Source: Dehalococcoidia bacterium (lineage in GTDB: Bacteria > Chloroflexota > Dehalococcoidia > SZUA-161 > SpSt-899). Taken from it: 64,000 nucleotides of DNA. Below the pieces are notes generated by a model that ran no database searches, was not told the DNA's origin, and saw nothing but the letters and a program-made list of their open reading frames with translations. This document shows, in pieces, positions 29,890-40,904 of the stretch. The stretch spans positions 1,518,792-1,582,791 of the forward strand of contig JBGLNL010000001.1 of the NCBI GenBank assembly GCA_041300025.1. The letters are read 5' to 3'. Position 1 is the stretch's first letter. The number at the start of each line of letters is the position of its first letter. The position numbers were made by a program, and so were the translations under genes.

Positions 29890-31092
29890 ATGAAATCACA
29901 AAGCAGCTTTTCCAAAGGCATTACCAGAAACATCTTCCTGCTGGGGATTGTCAGCCTGTTCACCGACCTTTCCAGCCAGATGGTTTTCCCCCTGATTCCT
30001 CTCTATCTCACCACCGTTTTAGGCGCCGGAGCCTACACAGTGGGCATAGTCGAGGGAGCTGCCGAGTCGACCGCTTCCATTCTAAAAGTGGCGTCAGGAT
30101 ACTGGTCGGACAAGATCGGCAGGAGAAAGCCTTTCATAATACTGGGCTACTCCCTTTCTTCATTTACCAAACCCCTCTTTGCCTTTGCGCATATCTGGGA
30201 GTTTGTTTTTCTCGTCCGCATAATTGAAAGAATTGGCAAGGGCTTGAGGACCGCCCCGAGAGATGCCATCATAGCCGAATCGTCCGGCGAACTGGTCAGG
30301 GGAAAAGCTTTCGGGTTTAACCGAGCTGCCGACGGGATTGGATCAATACTGGGAGCCAGCATCGCTTTTGGATTGCTCAACGTCTGGGAATATGAAGATA
30401 TTTTCCTAATCGCCTTTGTGCCGGGAATCATGGCCATTCTGGCGACCCTCTTCGTCAGGGAACCAGCTAAATCACCACCAAAGAAAAACACGCAATCTTT
30501 TATCCAAGTTAGCCTGCAAGCGCTGCCAGCGAACTTGAGGATTTTCATTATCGTCTCAGCGATATTTGCAATGGGGCATTTCGGATATGCTTTCCTGCTT
30601 TTAAAAGCAATGGATATAGGACTTGCCGATAAAAGTGCTATCCTTCTCTACATCATGTTCTATTTAATCTACACACTTTGCGCCATACCTTCCGGAGCAC
30701 TTTCGGACAAAATCGGTAGAAAGCCCATGTTGATGTTCGGGTATTCGCTGTTTGCGCTGGTTTCGCTCGGACTGGTCTTTACCTCGAATACATCGATGCT
30801 CCTGCTATCCTTTGGAATCTACGGTATCTTCTTTGCCATGATCGATGGCGCTCAAAGGGCTTTCGTGGTCGATCTGGCACCAGCCCACCTCAAAGCGACT
30901 GCACTGGGGACATTCCACACCGCAATAGGATTGACAGCCCTGCCCGGAGGGTTCATAGCCGGAATGCTGTGGGACGAGTTCAATCCGGAAGCAACATTTA
31001 TCTATGGACTGGCGCTGGCAGTTATATCCGTGACAATGTTCTTCTTTGTCAAAGACAAGCCCCCTGAAGGAGGTAAAATATGCACTGGTTGA
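29890..31092 (+). CDS. MFS transporter
   Basis: SDKIGRRK, GKGLRTAPRDA; about 12 hydrophobic segments. Confidence 0.92.
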   Translation: MKSQSSFSKGITRNIFLLGIVSLFTDLSSQMVFPLIPLYLTTVLGAGAYTVGIVEGAAESTASILKVASGYWSDKIGRRKPFIILGYSLSSFTKPLFAFAHIWEFVFLVRIIERIGKGLRTAPRDAIIAESSGELVRGKAFGFNRAADGIGSILGASIAFGLLNVWEYEDIFLIAFVPGIMAILATLFVREPAKSPPKKNTQSFIQVSLQALPANLRIFIIVSAIFAMGHFGYAFLLLKAMDIGLADKSAILLYIMFYLIYTLCAIPSGALSDKIGRKPMLMFGYSLFALVSLGLVFTSNTSMLLLSFGIYGIFFAMIDGAQRAFVVDLAPAHLKATALGTFHTAIGLTALPGGFIAGMLWDEFNPEATFIYGLALAVISVTMFFFVKDKPPEGGKICTG

Positions 31093-31403
31093 TGTTCGCC
31101 CTGGCGATCCTTTTCGAAGCTTCCGGGATCACCTGCCTGAAACTCTCGGAGGGTTTCTCAAAATTAGTACCATCGATTCTCATTTTCGTTTTTTATGGAC
31201 TCTCTTTCGCTGCCGCAGCCATAGCCATCAGGCGCATGGATATCAGTTACTTCTATGCCGTATGGGCTGCGCTGGGCATTGTGATTATATGTATCATCGG
31301 AATTACGTATTTCAAAGAACCCTTCAGCCTGCTCAAAATTGCCTCGATGGCGCTTATCGTAATAGGAGTAGCCGGTTTGCAATTCAGTGGAGCAAGCCAT
31401 TAA
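31080..31403 (+). CDS. SMR/DMT family small multidrug efflux protein
   Basis: LAILFE, LKLSEGF, YAVWAALG. Confidence 0.92.
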   Translation: MHWLMFALAILFEASGITCLKLSEGFSKLVPSILIFVFYGLSFAAAAIAIRRMDISYFYAVWAALGIVIICIIGITYFKEPFSLLKIASMALIVIGVAGLQFSGASH

Positions 31404-31412
31404 TATAGAGAT

Positions 31413-32351
31413 GTGAAATATATTGTTGTAATCACTGATGGCGCTGCCGACTGGCCCCTTGAGGATCGCGGTGGCAAAACCTGTCTCGAACTTGCCCGCA
31501 AACCCAATCTCGACGCCATGTGCAGGGAAGGGCACGTGGGAATGGCCAGCACCGTACCTGAAGGCATGGAACCTTCAAGTGCCTGCGCCTGCATGTCTAT
31601 CATGGGCTACGATCCGGCGGTCTATTACACCGGCCGCGGTCCCATCGAGGCCAAGAGCCTTGGACTTCAACTCGAGGAAGGGGAAGTTGCCTTCCGCTGT
31701 AACTTTGTGACCATCGAAGATAGAAAGATGCGCAGCTTCAACGCGGGGCACATCAGCAATGCCGAATCTTATCCCCTCATCGAATCCCTGAATAAAGAAC
31801 TGGGAAGCGAGCGGATTCACTTTTACCCCGGGGTCGGTTACCGGCATATTCTCACCATCAAAGACGGTGCGGAATGCCTCGATGCTGACTGCACTCCGCC
31901 ACACGATATCCCGGATCAAACTATAGATGGGCGTCTTCCGAAAGGACAGGGAAGCGAACTCCTGCTCAATCTGATGGAAAGATCGAAAGCTGTTTTAGAA
32001 AACCATCCGGTAAACGAAAAACGTAAATCCGCCGGCAAGCTTCCGGCCACCATGATCTGGCTATTCTGGGGAGGCAGGGGAATAACGGATTTCCCTTCGT
32101 TTAAGGAGCGATTCGGAATCAATGCTGCCATGACTTCAGGGGTAGGTTTGCTGGAAGGGCTGGCAGGCTTGACGGGAATGACTGTTCTCAAAATTCCGGG
32201 CGTTACCGACAATATCGATAACGATTATGAGGCGCAGGGAGATGGAGCTTTTCAGGCTCTGGCAGATCACGATCTCGTCTTCGTTCACATCGAAGCCCCC
32301 GATGAATGCGGGCATGAAGCATTGACCGACGAGAAAATCAAATCCATCGAA
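31413..32351 (+). CDS. apgM: Cofactor-independent phosphoglycerate mutase (ApgM type), 3'-truncated
   Basis: DGAAD, YTGRGPIEA, AFRCN, HIEAPDECGH. Confidence 0.92.
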
Positions 32352-32614
32352 CACTGGCCACTTTGGGATTTGTCTCCGTAGGCACGCTCTTTTCTGCTAT
32401 GGCTGCAAATACCAGAGCGCGGGAAATAATGCTGCCGGTTCTTTTCCTGCCCATCGTCGTTCCGGTGATCATAGCTGCTGTGAAAGCAACGGGGCTTATT
32501 CTCGATGGTGAACCCTGGGGAGAGCTGACTACGTGGCTGCAAATCATAATAGCTTTTGATGTTATCTTTCTGGTAATATCGGCATTGGTCTTTGAGTTTG
32601 TCATTGAGGAATAG
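32351..32614 (+). CDS. ccmB: Heme exporter CcmB, C-terminal fragment
   Basis: NTRAREIMLPVLFLPI.VPVII; upstream of ccmC. Confidence 0.88.
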   Translation, partial: TLATLGFVSVGTLFSAMAANTRAREIMLPVLFLPIVVPVIIAAVKATGLILDGEPWGELTTWLQIIIAFDVIFLVISALVFEFVIEE

Positions 32615-32630
32615 TAATCGGAATCTGCCA

Positions 32631-33323
32631 GTGAAATGGGAAGATACTTTGCGATATAACATTTTGCTTGTGTTTGGGCTTGCCCTGATGGCGGCGGCTC
32701 TTTATCTGGTGTTCATATATGCGCCCACCGAGAAGACTATGGGCGATACCCAGCGGATATTCTATTTCCACGTGGCGGTGGCCTGGGTTGCTTTCCTGGC
32801 GTTTTTCGTAGTCTTTATTTGCAGCATACTGTATTTGTGGAAGCGAGATATCAAGTGGGATATCATTGCTCGATCTTCCGCCGGACTCGGAGTTCTGTTC
32901 ACTACCATGGTCCTGATTACGGGGCCCATCTGGGCAAGGCCGGCCTGGGGGGTGTGGTGGATATGGGAACCCCGCCTGACGGCAACGCTTGTCCTCTGGT
33001 TTACTTATATAGCTTATTTGCTGGTGCGCAGCTATACGGTTGAGGAATCCAGGGGTGCCAGATTTGCGGCGGTGCTGGGTATTGTCGCTTTTGTAAATGT
33101 CCCCATTGTCTACTTAACCATCCATTTATGGCAAACTCATCACCCCCCGGAACTGGTCAGTGACCTTGTGTCCTCGATGATGCTGACATTGCTGGTAAGT
33201 ATTGCGGCCTTCACTGTGCTGTATATCCTTTTGCTGATTCGCAGTATTTCTTTAACGAAGATGGATATGGAGATCAGAAACCTTGCACAGGGTGACGCGC
33301 GAGCAAATACACGAAAGGAATAG
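32631..33323 (+). CDS. ccmC: Heme exporter CcmC (start uncertain)
   Basis: RIFYFHV, WARPAWGVWWIWEPRL (WWD motif), HP. Confidence 0.93.
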   Translation: MKWEDTLRYNILLVFGLALMAAALYLVFIYAPTEKTMGDTQRIFYFHVAVAWVAFLAFFVVFICSILYLWKRDIKWDIIARSSAGLGVLFTTMVLITGPIWARPAWGVWWIWEPRLTATLVLWFTYIAYLLVRSYTVEESRGARFAAVLGIVAFVNVPIVYLTIHLWQTHHPPELVSDLVSSMMLTLLVSIAAFTVLYILLLIRSISLTKMDMEIRNLAQGDARANTRKE

Positions 33324-33325
33324 CT

Positions 33326-33475
33326 ATGGACGATTTAAGTTACCTCTTTGCGGCATATATGGTTATCTGGGTTGGTGTTTTTGGATATGTATTTTTCCTG
33401 CATCAGAAGCACCGAAGATTGCAACGCCAGATGAAATTGCTCGAAGAAGAGAAGTCCAAACAGCAGGCTGACTGA
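33326..33475 (+). CDS. ccmD: Heme exporter CcmD
   Basis: Not in ORF track; 49 aa YLFAAYMVIWVGVFGY plus charged tail, right after ccmC. Confidence 0.8.
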   Translation: MDDLSYLFAAYMVIWVGVFGYVFFLHQKHRRLQRQMKLLEEEKSKQQAD

Positions 33476-33626
33476 TTCTCCTGATGTTTGCCGCCTTGCA
33501 AATACGCTTTGCTTTCCTCTGTTATTGCAGGCCGGGCATCCTGCCTGTCGAATTCAAAAGATAGTAAAGATGGGGGGATAGCAGCCGCGATCTTGTCCCC
33601 TGAATTTATGAAAATGGAATAACCTC

Positions 33627-34418
33627 ATGATGATCGCCATTTCAGCCGCAGGCCCAAATATGGAAGCCCGTGTCGGGGATCGATTTTCCAGTGCGCCTTA
33701 TTTGATCATCCTCGATACTGAGACCATGGATTTCGAAGCGATCCCGAATCCCGGCGCTTCGGGCAGGCAGGGCGCCGGAATAAAAGTGGTGGTGCTCGCG
33801 GTCAGCCGGGAGGTCAAAGCGGTTCTGACGGGTTATTGCGGGCCCGTGGCCGAAAGGCATCTCAGAGCCTCCGGCATAGAAGTGTTTCCCAATTTGACCG
33901 GTACAGTGAGAGAAGAAGTGGAACGGTACAACCTCGGAGGAAAGGCGCTTGAGCAGCCATTGGGAGTCTCGAAAGCTGGCAGAATATTTGCGGGCGACTT
34001 GTTCGTTGACGCCTTCAGAAACACTATCAAGCAGTTCGTTAATATGTTACCCATGCTCGCTGGGGTTGTGCTGCTTCTCGGGCTGTTTAATGCTCTTATA
34101 TCGAAGGATTCCCTTGCCACTGTTTTTTCGGGCAATTCTATTTTGGATACCCTTTTAGGGGCGGGCTTTGGCAGTATTTTTGCCGGTAGCCCGGTCAACA
34201 GTTACATCATCGGCGAAGAGTTGCTTGATTACGACGTAAGTCTATATGCTGTCACTGCCTTTATTTATGCATGGGTAACTGTCGGGTTGATACAGTTACC
34301 CGCCGAGGCAGTGGCACTGGGCAGAAAATTCGCTTTCTGGCGTAATGGTTTTTCCCTGATTATGGCTATACCAGTTGCCATTTTAACGGTAGCGATACTC
34401 GAACTTATTGAAGGATAG
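33627..34418 (+). CDS. NifB/NifX-like domain fused to a permease domain
   Basis: RFSSAPY, VLTGYCGP N-terminal; GSPVNSY, VGLIQLPAE C-terminal. Confidence 0.8.
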   Translation: MMIAISAAGPNMEARVGDRFSSAPYLIILDTETMDFEAIPNPGASGRQGAGIKVVVLAVSREVKAVLTGYCGPVAERHLRASGIEVFPNLTGTVREEVERYNLGGKALEQPLGVSKAGRIFAGDLFVDAFRNTIKQFVNMLPMLAGVVLLLGLFNALISKDSLATVFSGNSILDTLLGAGFGSIFAGSPVNSYIIGEELLDYDVSLYAVTAFIYAWVTVGLIQLPAEAVALGRKFAFWRNGFSLIMAIPVAILTVAILELIEG

Positions 34419-34423
34419 ATATC

Positions 34424-34969
34424 ATGGAAAGCAAAGTCTCCGGGAAGTTCGGCGTGATAAAACGTATTCCGCGAACATGGCTTTTTCTGATTGCCGTTCT
34501 GCTGGTTTATGCCGTACTTTTCATCATCGAATCTGACGAGGCATCACAGGCCATCAGGAGCAGTCGGCAAATTTTTCAGAGTATAGCTTGGCCGATGGCT
34601 CTGGTTTTCGGTTTTATGCTGGCCACAAATTATCTGGTAAAACCGGCGCAGATTGTCCGGTTCCTGGGTAAAAATTCCGGATTCAAAGGTATGTGCATTG
34701 CGACCGTAGCAGGGATCATATCCGTGGGGCCGATTTATGCCTGGTATCCACTGCTGAAAGATTTGAGGGATAAAGGGGCCGGGAACTTCCCGATAGCCTT
34801 GTTCCTTTGTAATCGCGCTGTCAAACCCTTCCTTCTGCCCATGATGGTTGCCTGTTTCGGATGGGAATACGTAGTGATATTGACCATTCTAACTGTTCTG
34901 GCTTCGTTCGCTATTGCGTATTTACTGGGATTCTTGATAAAAGAAGATGCGATCGCAGAAGCAGATTGA
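34424..34969 (+). CDS. Permease subunit paired with the upstream gene
   Basis: GIISVGPIYAWYPLL, hydrophobic. Confidence 0.75.
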   Translation: MESKVSGKFGVIKRIPRTWLFLIAVLLVYAVLFIIESDEASQAIRSSRQIFQSIAWPMALVFGFMLATNYLVKPAQIVRFLGKNSGFKGMCIATVAGIISVGPIYAWYPLLKDLRDKGAGNFPIALFLCNRAVKPFLLPMMVACFGWEYVVILTILTVLASFAIAYLLGFLIKEDAIAEAD

Positions 34970-35191
34970 AAAATAAGGGGTTGATGAAAGGCTCGCTTAA
35001 TTGATTTTCTAATCGCTCAGGTTGAAGGCATGACCGAAATTTTGTATACTAAACTCTTGGGTAATATTTCTGGATGAAATCATCTGCAAAAGAAGGCGGC
35101 CCCTGATAAGAGCGATGTGGCAAGCGGTTTGCTTAAGGGGGGCTGCTGAGGCGAGCAGGCCCCGGAGTTTAATGTAACCCAAAGGAGATTT

Positions 35192-35735
35192 ATGGATGCG
35201 CATCGAGAGTTATTTTTAGAGATCGATTATGGATGGATAATCTACATACTTGCTGTCCTTTCGATAGCGGCACTTGCTTATGCCGTTTACCATCGGGTGC
35301 AGCTCTGGAAACTGGGGCAGAAAGACGATTCCTTTTCCAACATGGGGCAAAAAACCAAAGCTTTTATTTATACTGGCCTGATCGATGGCATTATTCACAA
35401 AAGGATAATCAGGGACTTTTATCCCGGAATACCGCATGCCCTTGTCTTCTGGGGAGCTTTGCTTCTCCTGTTCGCCACCGCCATGGATGTAGTCAGTCAC
35501 TATATTGTGGAATTCCTGCATGGGAATACCTATCTGGCTATTTCATGTCTTGCGGATTTGGGTGGTGCCATACTCCTTGTTGGCCTGATTGTCCTGATTG
35601 TCCGTAGATATATTCAGCGGCCGGATCGGCTTGATAACACTCTCGATGACGCAATAACAATAGCTGTGGTCTTTATAATCGTGCTCACCGGCTTCATTCT
35701 CGAAGGGCTACGCATGCTGGTCAGCGAGGAGATTT
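35192..35735 (+). CDS. NarI/HdrE-like membrane domain of an Fe-S oxidoreductase, N-terminal fragment
   Basis: [30 protein letters not shown]. Confidence 0.75.
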
Positions 35736-35757
35736 TCCCTGCTCTTCCCATAATGGA

Positions 35758-35840
35758 ACCTCACCCCCTGGCCCCCTCTCCGCTTGCGGCGAGGGGGGAA
35801 TCATGCTCCTCTCCGTCGACGGGGAGGGGTTGGGGTGGGG
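35758..35840. repeat. CCCCTCTCC-type REP-like hairpin cluster
   Basis: CCCCCTCTCCGCTTGCGGCGAGGGGG and CTCTCCGTCGACGGGGAG hairpins downstream of yggS. Confidence 0.6.
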
Positions 35841-35933
35841 TAAAACATCCTTTGACTCAAGCGGTCCGGGATTCATAATCCGACTCCCTTTCATATCCTT
35901 CGAGCCCTTCGTGATCTTCGTGGTGCAGTATTT

Positions 35934-36605
35934 TTATAATGAACAACTGCGTTCCCCGAAGATTGCCCGGCCAACTCGCACCGAGGTAGCCCCTTCTTCA
36001 ATAGCCACCTCAAAATCATCGGTCATGCCCATGGAAAGCTCGGCCAGTCCCAGCGAATCCCGCAACTCCCTGAGCTTGCGGAAGACCGGCCTGACCTCTT
36101 CCGGATTATTTACCCAGGGAGCGATGGTCATCAGCCCTCTGAGTTTCAGGTTTGGCATTTTACCAATCTCGCTTACCGCCTGAGAAATATCGGCAACCCT
36201 GAACCCGCTCTTGGTGCCCTCTTCGGCTACGTTCACTTCCAGTAGTATGGGGAGGGGATGCTGAGTGTTATGGCTCAGGGAACTGGCAAGTTTGACCGAA
36301 TCGACACTCTGGATTATATCAAAAAGCTCTAAGGCTGTCTTCACTTTGTTGGTTTGCAGGTGGCCGACCATATACCATGTGGACTGGCTGCGCGCATCTT
36401 TCAACCCGGCTAGCTTGCTTCCGGCTTCCTGAACCCGGTTTTCCCCGAAATGGCGAATCCCGGCTTCAAAAGCAGCCCGGACGGCATTTGCGTCTTGCGT
36501 TTTGGTGATAGCGATAAGGGTCACCTCATTCGGTGATCTGCCTGCCCGCTCGCATGCCATGGCAATGCGGCTGTTTACGTCTCGTGTATTTTGTGTGATG
36601 TTCAT
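35934..36605 (-). CDS. yggS: PLP homeostasis protein
   Basis: [38 protein letters not shown]. Confidence 0.97.
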   Translation of the reverse strand: MNITQNTRDVNSRIAMACERAGRSPNEVTLIAITKTQDANAVRAAFEAGIRHFGENRVQEAGSKLAGLKDARSQSTWYMVGHLQTNKVKTALELFDIIQSVDSVKLASSLSHNTQHPLPILLEVNVAEEGTKSGFRVADISQAVSEIGKMPNLKLRGLMTIAPWVNNPEEVRPVFRKLRELRDSLGLAELSMGMTDDFEVAIEEGATSVRVGRAIFGERSCSL

Positions 36606-36615
36606 CTTTTGAGGA

Positions 36616-37779
36616 TCACTCCAGCATACTCAGGAATATCCCGGCCGCCGTGGCAGTTCCGATCACTCCGGCAATGTTTGGCCCCATGGCGTGCATCAGC
36701 AGGAAGTTCTGGGGGTTTGCTTTTTGCCCCATTATTTGCACCACCCGGGCAGACATTGGCACTGCCGATACCCCGGCCGCTCCTATCATCGGGTTGATGG
36801 GCTCCCGGGAGAATTTGTTCATAAGCCTGGCCATTAGCACTCCAAATGCGGTAGCGCTGGCAAAAGCGAATATGCCCAGCACGAAAGCCAGTATTGAATC
36901 GAGTTTGAGGAAATTATCCGCAGTCATTATCCCCCCGATAGATAGCCCGAGAAATATGGTTAGTATATCCATGAAAGACTCTCTGGCCGTCTTGCCCAGT
37001 CTATCGGTAACGCCGGAGATATAAAGCAGATTCCCAAACATGAAGCTCCCAATGAGCGGTGCTGATTTGGGAACAAGCAATATAATAATGATAGCTCCTA
37101 CGAAGGGGAAAAGGATTTTTTCTTTACGGGAAATTTCCCTCGCTACCGGTTTCATGTATATCTGCCTTTCTTTCTTGGTGGTACAAAGTTTGATTATGGG
37201 GGGCTGGATGATGGGAACCATTGCCATATAGATATACGCCGCCATTGCTACGGTTCCCATAAGATGCGGAGCCAGTTTATCGCTGAGATAGATAGTCGTC
37301 GGCCCGTCGGCCCCGCCAATTATCCCAATAGTGCATGCCTCTTTAAGCCCCCAGTCGGTAATACCCAGCCATCCGGATCCTATAAGCACAGCGACGATCA
37401 ACGTGATATAGACCCCGAATTGCGCTGCCGCACCGAGAATTAGAGTTTTGGGATTAGCAATAAGGGGTTCGAAATCGGTCATAGCGCCCAGACAAATAAA
37501 GATAAGGCAGGGAATGAGATCAGTCTGAATTCCCCCTTTGAAAATGTAAGCTATCATTCCGACAGCTTCCGAATCCTTATCCAGCAGATCTCCGCCCGTA
37601 GTATCAAGCAGCCCTCCAAGCGGGAGGTTGACCAGGACAATACTAAACCCGATCGGGACAAGTAAAAATGGTTCCCACTTTTTGGCAATACCCAGATAAA
37701 CCAGTAAAATGCCAATGGCAATCATTAAAACGTCGCCACCGCCAATGGCACCGAAACCTGTCTCTAGCAAGCCGTCCAA
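36616..37779 (-). CDS. oadB: Na+-translocating decarboxylase beta subunit
   Basis: IGIIGGADGPT, GVSAVP, HAMGPN. Confidence 0.93.
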   Translation of the reverse strand: MDGLLETGFGAIGGGDVLMIAIGILLVYLGIAKKWEPFLLVPIGFSIVLVNLPLGGLLDTTGGDLLDKDSEAVGMIAYIFKGGIQTDLIPCLIFICLGAMTDFEPLIANPKTLILGAAAQFGVYITLIVAVLIGSGWLGITDWGLKEACTIGIIGGADGPTTIYLSDKLAPHLMGTVAMAAYIYMAMVPIIQPPIIKLCTTKKERQIYMKPVAREISRKEKILFPFVGAIIIILLVPKSAPLIGSFMFGNLLYISGVTDRLGKTARESFMDILTIFLGLSIGGIMTADNFLKLDSILAFVLGIFAFASATAFGVLMARLMNKFSREPINPMIGAAGVSAVPMSARVVQIMGQKANPQNFLLMHAMGPNIAGVIGTATAAGIFLSMLE

Positions 37780-37819
37780 ATGTTAAATCCCTTTCCGTGG
37801 CCACCCTGCAAACTTCCCG

Positions 37820-37981
37820 TCAATCCGACTTCTCTTTCAAACCGAATCTCTTCTCTATCTTGCGAATTGCAATACTAAATATTTCCAGTATCACGGCGAG
37901 TCCTGACAGGATCAGGATAACCATTCCAAAACCAACTCCAACTACCCTGCCCACCTCTGCCCAGTCGAAAGCTTCGCTCAT
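37820..37981 (-). CDS. OadG-like gamma subunit (53 aa)
   Basis: Not in ORF track; single TM GVGFGMVILILSGL immediately upstream of oadB. Confidence 0.7.
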   Translation of the reverse strand: MSEAFDWAEVGRVVGVGFGMVILILSGLAVILEIFSIAIRKIEKRFGLKEKSD

Positions 37982-38112
37982 TTTGCTCCCACGGTGATTT
38001 TCATCTTAAACATGTTTTTATGTGTCCCGAATGTCGGTAAAGGAGGCTATCAACGAACAAAAATCTATTGTCATGTTATCATTGATGCTCATTGCTATCA
38101 AGGTTACCAGAA

Positions 38113-39110
38113 TTACCGTGCTTTGCGCCGCGGCAATGCCTTCTCCATCTCCGCTCGAAGCTTGTTTATCCCTGTCCCTGAATCTATCTTTGCCCAGGGC
38201 AGTGCCGTCTCAAAAGATATCTCCTGATGAACTGAATCAGGATCAAGCTCTGCATCTTTTAGTGCTTTTTTCCACTCTGCCAGCGAAACTCCGGGCATGC
38301 TTTCAATTACACGCCCAAGCCTCGAATCGCCCCGAGCCAGCATCCCTTGAATCAGACTCCACTCGATGCTATCCGACTTGACTTCGATTCCTTTAGGATT
38401 CAGAGCTTTTTTCAGCAACGCCAGCCGAAGTTTTAACACCCCGGCTCTGGCCATTGGCAGCCACTGAAAGGGAGTTCCTGCCTTGGGCACAAAAGGAGTT
38501 ACGTTCAGGGTAAGATGCGTGCCCGATCGATATTCATCAATAATAGCTTTTGTGGCCCGGGCCATTTCTGCAATAGCGGCTATATCGTCATTGGTTTCAG
38601 TGGGCAAGCCGATCATGAAGTAGAGCTTGATCTGCTTGAATTCGTATTCGGCTACTCTCCGGAGCGCGCTGAAGATATCATCTTCCGAAATCCCTTTGCT
38701 TATGACCTGCCGCAGCCTTTGGGTCCCGGCTTCGGGGGCCAGAGTGATCGTTCTTGTGCCGCTCTCTGCCAGCCCTTGCAGAAGGGTATCGGAAAGCGGC
38801 TTTATCCGCACTGAGCTCACCGATATCTCAGCTTCCATTTTTCTCAGCCCGGTGACCAGTTCATCGATTTGGGGATGATCGGAGATGGCGGCACTCACCA
38901 GCCCGATTCGCTGGCGGGATTGCGGCCTCTGTCTGGCCTGTTCGAGCAATTGCTCTACCTGACGATATCGCATGGGGCGAAAGTGATAGCCGGAAAGGCA
39001 AAAGCGGCATCCGTGCGCACATCCGCGGGCAATCTCCATCAGGTACATATCGCCCAGTTCGGTATCCGGGGTGAGCACCACTGATCCGGTGGGAAAGTTT
39101 CCGATATCTG
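38113..39110 (-). CDS. Radical SAM protein, 5'-truncated
   Basis: EIARGCAHGCRFC (CxxxCxxC), LAPEAG, KLYFMIGLP. Confidence 0.9.
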
Positions 39111-39111
39111 C

Positions 39112-39492
39112 CGGGAACTGGCGAACCGTAACGAGTATGTCATAGTATATTCCACCAAACAAAACAGGCCAAAAAATGCCATCCCTGAGAACGGTGTTAC
39201 CTGGCAAGATTTTGGCACGGAATCATCTCAGAATTTTCAAGTCCGCTGGATGAGCGTTTATCCAGACCATTATATGGATGAATATGCCCCTACTGAACAG
39301 AACATCCCCTGGGAAATTGGTGCCTGGATGCAAGATGGGTATGAGAAAACTCTAGTAGGTGAGAACAAGCCAGGAACGATGGGCCCATATCATCCTGTCA
39401 TTCACTACATGACCAAAGCGGAGTTTGAGGCATTGGGAAACAAGCCGATAAAGCCTGGGGACTTACCCAAGTGGACGGTTTTATCAAAGTAA
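39112..39492 (+). CDS. Hypothetical protein, C-terminal fragment
   Basis: Frame stays open upstream of ATG 39250 to the junction at ~39110. Confidence 0.5.
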   Translation, partial: RELANRNEYVIVYSTKQNRPKNAIPENGVTWQDFGTESSQNFQVRWMSVYPDHYMDEYAPTEQNIPWEIGAWMQDGYEKTLVGENKPGTMGPYHPVIHYMTKAEFEALGNKPIKPGDLPKWTVLSK

Positions 39493-39536
39493 TGTTGACT
39501 TGAAGTCAATAAACGACAGATAAAGGAGGAAATGCA

Positions 39537-39704
39537 GTGAAACCTGCTTATTGGATTGGCATAATGGCGCTCATTGGTGGAATTGTCGGCTATGCTCTGG
39601 ATAGATGGATAGGTTGGTTTGATTCAGGACTTGGCACAGCAGTAGGAATCGTGATAGGCGCATTAATCTATGCAAATGTTAAAGACAAACCAAAGGGTTG
39701 CTAA
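39537..39704 (+). CDS. Small two-helix membrane protein (55 aa)
   Basis: Not in ORF track; GTG start 7 nt after AAAGGAGG, Gly-rich hydrophobic sequence. Confidence 0.65.
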   Translation: MKPAYWIGIMALIGGIVGYALDRWIGWFDSGLGTAVGIVIGALIYANVKDKPKGC

Positions 39705-39728
39705 TCTAGATTTGTGAGTAGCTCTGAA

Positions 39729-40289
39729 ATGAAGCAGTATCCCATAGTGGGCGCTTGCGGCCTTGATTGTGGCCTCTGTCCAAGGTATCATACCGCAGGG
39801 TCTTCGAAATGCCCCGGCTGCGCCGGCCCGGATTTTGAGCAGAAACATCCGGCCTGTGGATTCGTCACCTGCTGTGTCAAGCAGAAACACCTTGAGACTT
39901 GTGCCCAATGCCCGGACCGGGCAAGCTGCGAAAGAGTAAGCCGTGTCATGGAAGTGGCAAAACAAGGTGATTCCTTTATCTCGTACCGGCCGCTGCCGGC
40001 GAACTATGCCTTCATCCAGAGATACGGTATTGAGGAGTTTGCCCGACAGGAAATGGCTAAGATAGAACTCCTCAGCCACCTTCTGAAACACTATGACGAA
40101 GGCCGCTCCAAGACTTTCTATTGTATAGCCTCTCAACTAATACCTCTGGATAGCTTGAAGGTGGCTGTGGCTGAAGCCGAGGCTCAGATAAGAGAGAGTG
40201 CTAACATCAAAGAAAAGTCCAGATTGGTTCGGGGGGCTATCAGCCATCAGGCCGACACCTTAGGGATTGATTTGAGGCTAAGAAAATGA
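39729..40289 (+). CDS. DUF3795 domain protein
   Basis: ACGLDCGLC..CPGC..C...CC......CAQC Cys cluster. Confidence 0.85.
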   Translation: MKQYPIVGACGLDCGLCPRYHTAGSSKCPGCAGPDFEQKHPACGFVTCCVKQKHLETCAQCPDRASCERVSRVMEVAKQGDSFISYRPLPANYAFIQRYGIEEFARQEMAKIELLSHLLKHYDEGRSKTFYCIASQLIPLDSLKVAVAEAEAQIRESANIKEKSRLVRGAISHQADTLGIDLRLRK

Positions 40290-40385
40290 ACTTGTGCGGG
40301 AGTGGAGTCTTCAACTTTACCCTGTGTTGGGCACCAATCATCCCCCCAGATGCACTGTTCGCCATATTCGTTCGTTGAGGGAACT

Positions 40386-40841
40386 GTGACAAGATATATC
40401 GCAATAGTCTGTGTATTATCGATACTGGTCGTCGGCTTCGTCACCAGTTGTAGCAACGTGACCGAAGCGAAAGAGGTGACATTCGACCAATTGTTTGACA
40501 ACCCAGAATATAATGGCAAGGTAGTCATCATCAACGGATTTTTCTTCTGCGGATTCGAAGTGCACGTACTGAGCGAGCGGTTAGAATACTCGGGTTACCT
40601 TGCAGGGCATCTCGTACCCAAAGGGAGGATGCTCTGGGTTGAAGGAGGAATCCCGAAGGAGGTCTATGAGAAGATATATCAGCAATCGCTTAGGAGTTCT
40701 GTAGAAGGTTATGGCAAAGTACGTATTAAGGGGAAGTTCGAGTGTGGAGGGAAATACGGACACCTTGGCGGGTACACTTCCCAGATTGTACCGATAGAAG
40801 TGAGTCTGTTGACATGGTCCCCACCGGCCTTTCTTCAATAG
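40386..40841 (+). CDS. Hypothetical lipoprotein (OB-fold-like)
   Basis: GTG start, lipobox VTSC, YNGKVVIING. Confidence 0.6.
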   Translation: MTRYIAIVCVLSILVVGFVTSCSNVTEAKEVTFDQLFDNPEYNGKVVIINGFFFCGFEVHVLSERLEYSGYLAGHLVPKGRMLWVEGGIPKEVYEKIYQQSLRSSVEGYGKVRIKGKFECGGKYGHLGGYTSQIVPIEVSLLTWSPPAFLQ

Positions 40842-40904
40842 GTCACGGGTTTCGAGTAAGAGGTAAATTATCAGATATTCCTTATAATAGTGTGAGCATC
40901 TAGC

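Noticed and set aside
35735-35878. Pro-rich C-terminal tail on the Fe-S oxidoreductase
   Set aside because: It is a translation of REP hairpins after a junction.
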